Shown: positions 61,504-64,000 of the stretch, piece by piece
How positions within the stretch are numbered: the stretch's first letter is position 1
How the letters are laid out: the number at the start of each line of letters is the position of its first letter
Assembly (NCBI RefSeq): GCF_009914755.1
Contig: NC_060931.1
Source: the human T2T-CHM13v2.0 reference genome, Homo sapiens
Length of the DNA stretch: 64,000 nt
Reading direction: 5' to 3' (one strand)
The notes under the pieces: model-generated
What the model was told of the DNA's origin: nothing
Database searches by the model: none
Seen by the model: the letters and a program-made list of their open reading frames with translations, nothing else
Made by a program: the position numbers and the translations under genes

Positions 61504-63226
61504 GGGAGTGGTGATGGAGCACGATAGCAGAATAGAAATCTCCACTCATCATCCTTTCTGCAGGGATACCAATTTAACAACTCTCTATACCAAAAAAGCA
61601 CCTTCATAAAAACCAAAAACCAGATGAGCACTCTACCTGGTTTTAACTTCATATCCCTGAAAGAGTCACTAAAAAGATAGGAAAAGCAGTCTTGAATTGC
61701 CAACACCACCCCTCCTCTATCCCTTAGCAGTGGTGGCATGGTGTGGAAAGGAAATCTGAGTGCTTAAAAGAGGAAGAGTACAGCAATTGTGAGACTTGCA
61801 TTGAACTCGGAGCTTCCCTGTTAATAGCAGAAAGCAAAATCAGAATGAACTCAGTTGATACCCACCCACGGAGGAAGCATTTAAACCAACCCTAGCCAGA
61901 GGGGAATTGCCCATCCCAGCAGTTGGATCTTAAGTACCTGCAAGCCTCACTACCATGGGCTAAAGGGCACCATGGCCCTAAATGAGTTTGAAGGGTAGTC
62001 TAGGCCACAGGACTGCAACTCCTAGGCAAGTCCTAGCGCTGAACTGGGCTCAGAGACAGGGAACTGAACGGGTGCACCACTTACTAAGACAAAAGTGCTG
62101 GCACCACACCTCCCCTAGCCCCAGCCTGCAAAGCTCATGGCTCCAAAAGAGAACCCTTCATTCACTTGAGGAGAGGAGTCAGAAGAGTGAAAAGGACTGT
62201 GTCTTGCATCTTGGGTATCATCTCTGCTACAGGAGGATAGGACACCAGAGTAGCGAGGTCTCCTTTCTAGGCCCTAGCTCTCAGATGACATTTCTAGACA
62301 CACCTGGGGCAAGAAGGAAACCCACTGCCTTAAAGGGAAGGATCCAGTCCTGGCAGGATTCATCACCTGCTACCTGATGAGCCCTTGAGCCCTGAATAAC
62401 AAGCAGCAATATCCAGGAAGTATGCTGTGGGCCCTTAGGTGAGGCTCTGAGACTTGTTGGCTTCAGATGAGACTCAGCACATTGGCATCTGTGATGGATA
62501 GTGGGCAAGACTCATTTTGCTTCAGAAAAGCAGAGACAAAAGTAAAGGGAAATTTATCTTGTACCTTAGACACCAGCTTGACCACAGTGGGGTAGAACAC
62601 TAAGTGGGCCCTTGGGGTCCCCAATTCTAGCCCTTGGCTCTTGGATGACATTTCTGGACCGGCTCTGGGCCATAAAGGAGCCCACTGCTTTGAAGGGTGA
62701 GTCCAAGACCAGATAGCATTTACCATAAGCCAACTGAAAAGCCCATGAGCCAAAAGGGAACATCAGCAGTAGCCTCCCCATGGGCCTGTGGAGCCAGTGG
62801 CCACAGAGTGAGGTTCGTCTGCCTTTGGAGAGGGGAGGGAAAATGGGAAGGACTGCATTTCATAGTTTGAAGGCCAGCTCAGCCACAGTACAAGAGAACA
62901 CCAGGTAGACTTCTAAGGTTTTTGACTCTAGACTCCTAGATGACACCTGTGGACCCACCCAGGGCCTGGAGGAACTCACTGCTCCGAAGAAAAGGACACA
63001 GACTTGGCTGGATTTTCCACCTGATGATTGTAGAACCCCAGGGCCTTAACTGAACATAGGCAGTAGCCAGGGAGTGGTTAGAGCAGACCTTGGGAAAGAC
63101 CCAGCACTGTGCTGGTTTCAGGTCTGACCCAGCACAGTAATAGTGGTAGTGGCTACATGGGGTGTTTGTGTCATTCCACTCCCATCTCCATGTGACTCAG
63201 AACAGAGAGACAGATAATGAGAGAGA

Positions 63227-63261
<35 letters not shown>

Positions 63262-64000
63262 CTATTTATTTGGGAAAAGTAAGGGAAGAGAACAAGAGCC
63301 TCTGCATGGTAACCCAGCGAATTCTTCCAGGTCTTGTCTAAGATCCCCAAGGTGGTACCTCTGCAAGTCTGCAAGAACCAGAACCACAGCATTACTGGGC
63401 TTGGGGTACCCCCAGTGCAGATACAGCTAGATCACAACACCCAAGTCCTTTCAATTATCTGGAAAGCCTACCAAAAGGTCAGGTACAAACAAGTTCAGAC
63501 TGCAAAGACTACAATAAATATCTAGCTCCTTGAGGCCCAGTCACAGACAAATATCCACAAGCATCAAGATAATCCAGGAAAACATGACTTCACCAAATGA
63601 ACTAAATAAGGGACCAGGGACTAATCTTACAGAAAGAGATTTGTGTCCTTTCAGATAGTGAATTCAAAATAACTGTTTAGAGAAACCTCAAAGAAATTCA
63701 AGATAACACCGAGAAGGAATTCAAAATTCTCTTAGATAAATTTAATGAAGAGATTGAAATAATTAAAATGAATCAAGCAGAAATTCTGGAGCTGAAAAAT
63801 GCAACTGATATACTGAAAAATTCATCAGTCTTAGTAGCAGAATGAATCAAGCAGAAGAAAGAATTAGTGAGCTTGAAGACAGGCTATTTGAAAATATACA
63901 GAGGAGACAAAAGAAAAAAGAATAAAAAACAATGAAGCACATCTATAGGATCTAAAAAATAGTCTCCAAAGGACAAATCTAAGAGTGATTGGCTTTGAAG
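61504..64000 (+). mobile_element. L1MA1-3 type 5' end (L1M1 5' UTR and start of ORF1), runs off the window
   Basis: AAAAAAGCACCTTCATAAAAACCAAAAA...CCTGGTTTTAACTTCATATC; repeated GATGACA(T/C) units at ~62284, 62645, 62939; ORF1-like sequence from ~63584. Confidence 0.85.
63200..63261. repeat. (GA)n-rich microsatellite in L1 5' UTR
   Basis: Direct reading. Confidence 0.85.

Noticed and set aside
61233-63525. Several 60-170 aa ORFs
   Set aside because: L1 ORF2 antisense and L1 5' UTR sequence

Overview
Primate (almost certainly human) AT-rich nuclear DNA, intronic or intergenic, identified by about 16 Alu copies (J, S and Y types), L1, L2, MIR, MaLR/ERV1 LTRs and hAT/Tigger MITEs. Roughly half or more of the window is transposon-derived. 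I found no confident protein-coding gene, RNA gene, CpG island, CRISPR array, operon-like system or processed pseudogene, and I could not name the locus. The ORF track is mostly Alu, L1 or LTR translation, or chance ORFs. I did not find a convincing previously undescribed biological system. The best-supported unusual structure is an apparently full-length ancient L1MC1 (31195-38021) that splits a MER3 MITE and keeps a 9-bp target-site duplication (TSD). The most interesting unproven leads are several sets of splice-site-bounded short exons, mostly on the minus strand, a Kozak-perfect 71-aa Gly2 smORF at 30206, and a few transcription-factor motif clusters. Repeat family names come from recalled consensus sequences, not a database search; boundaries without a TSD are approximate.
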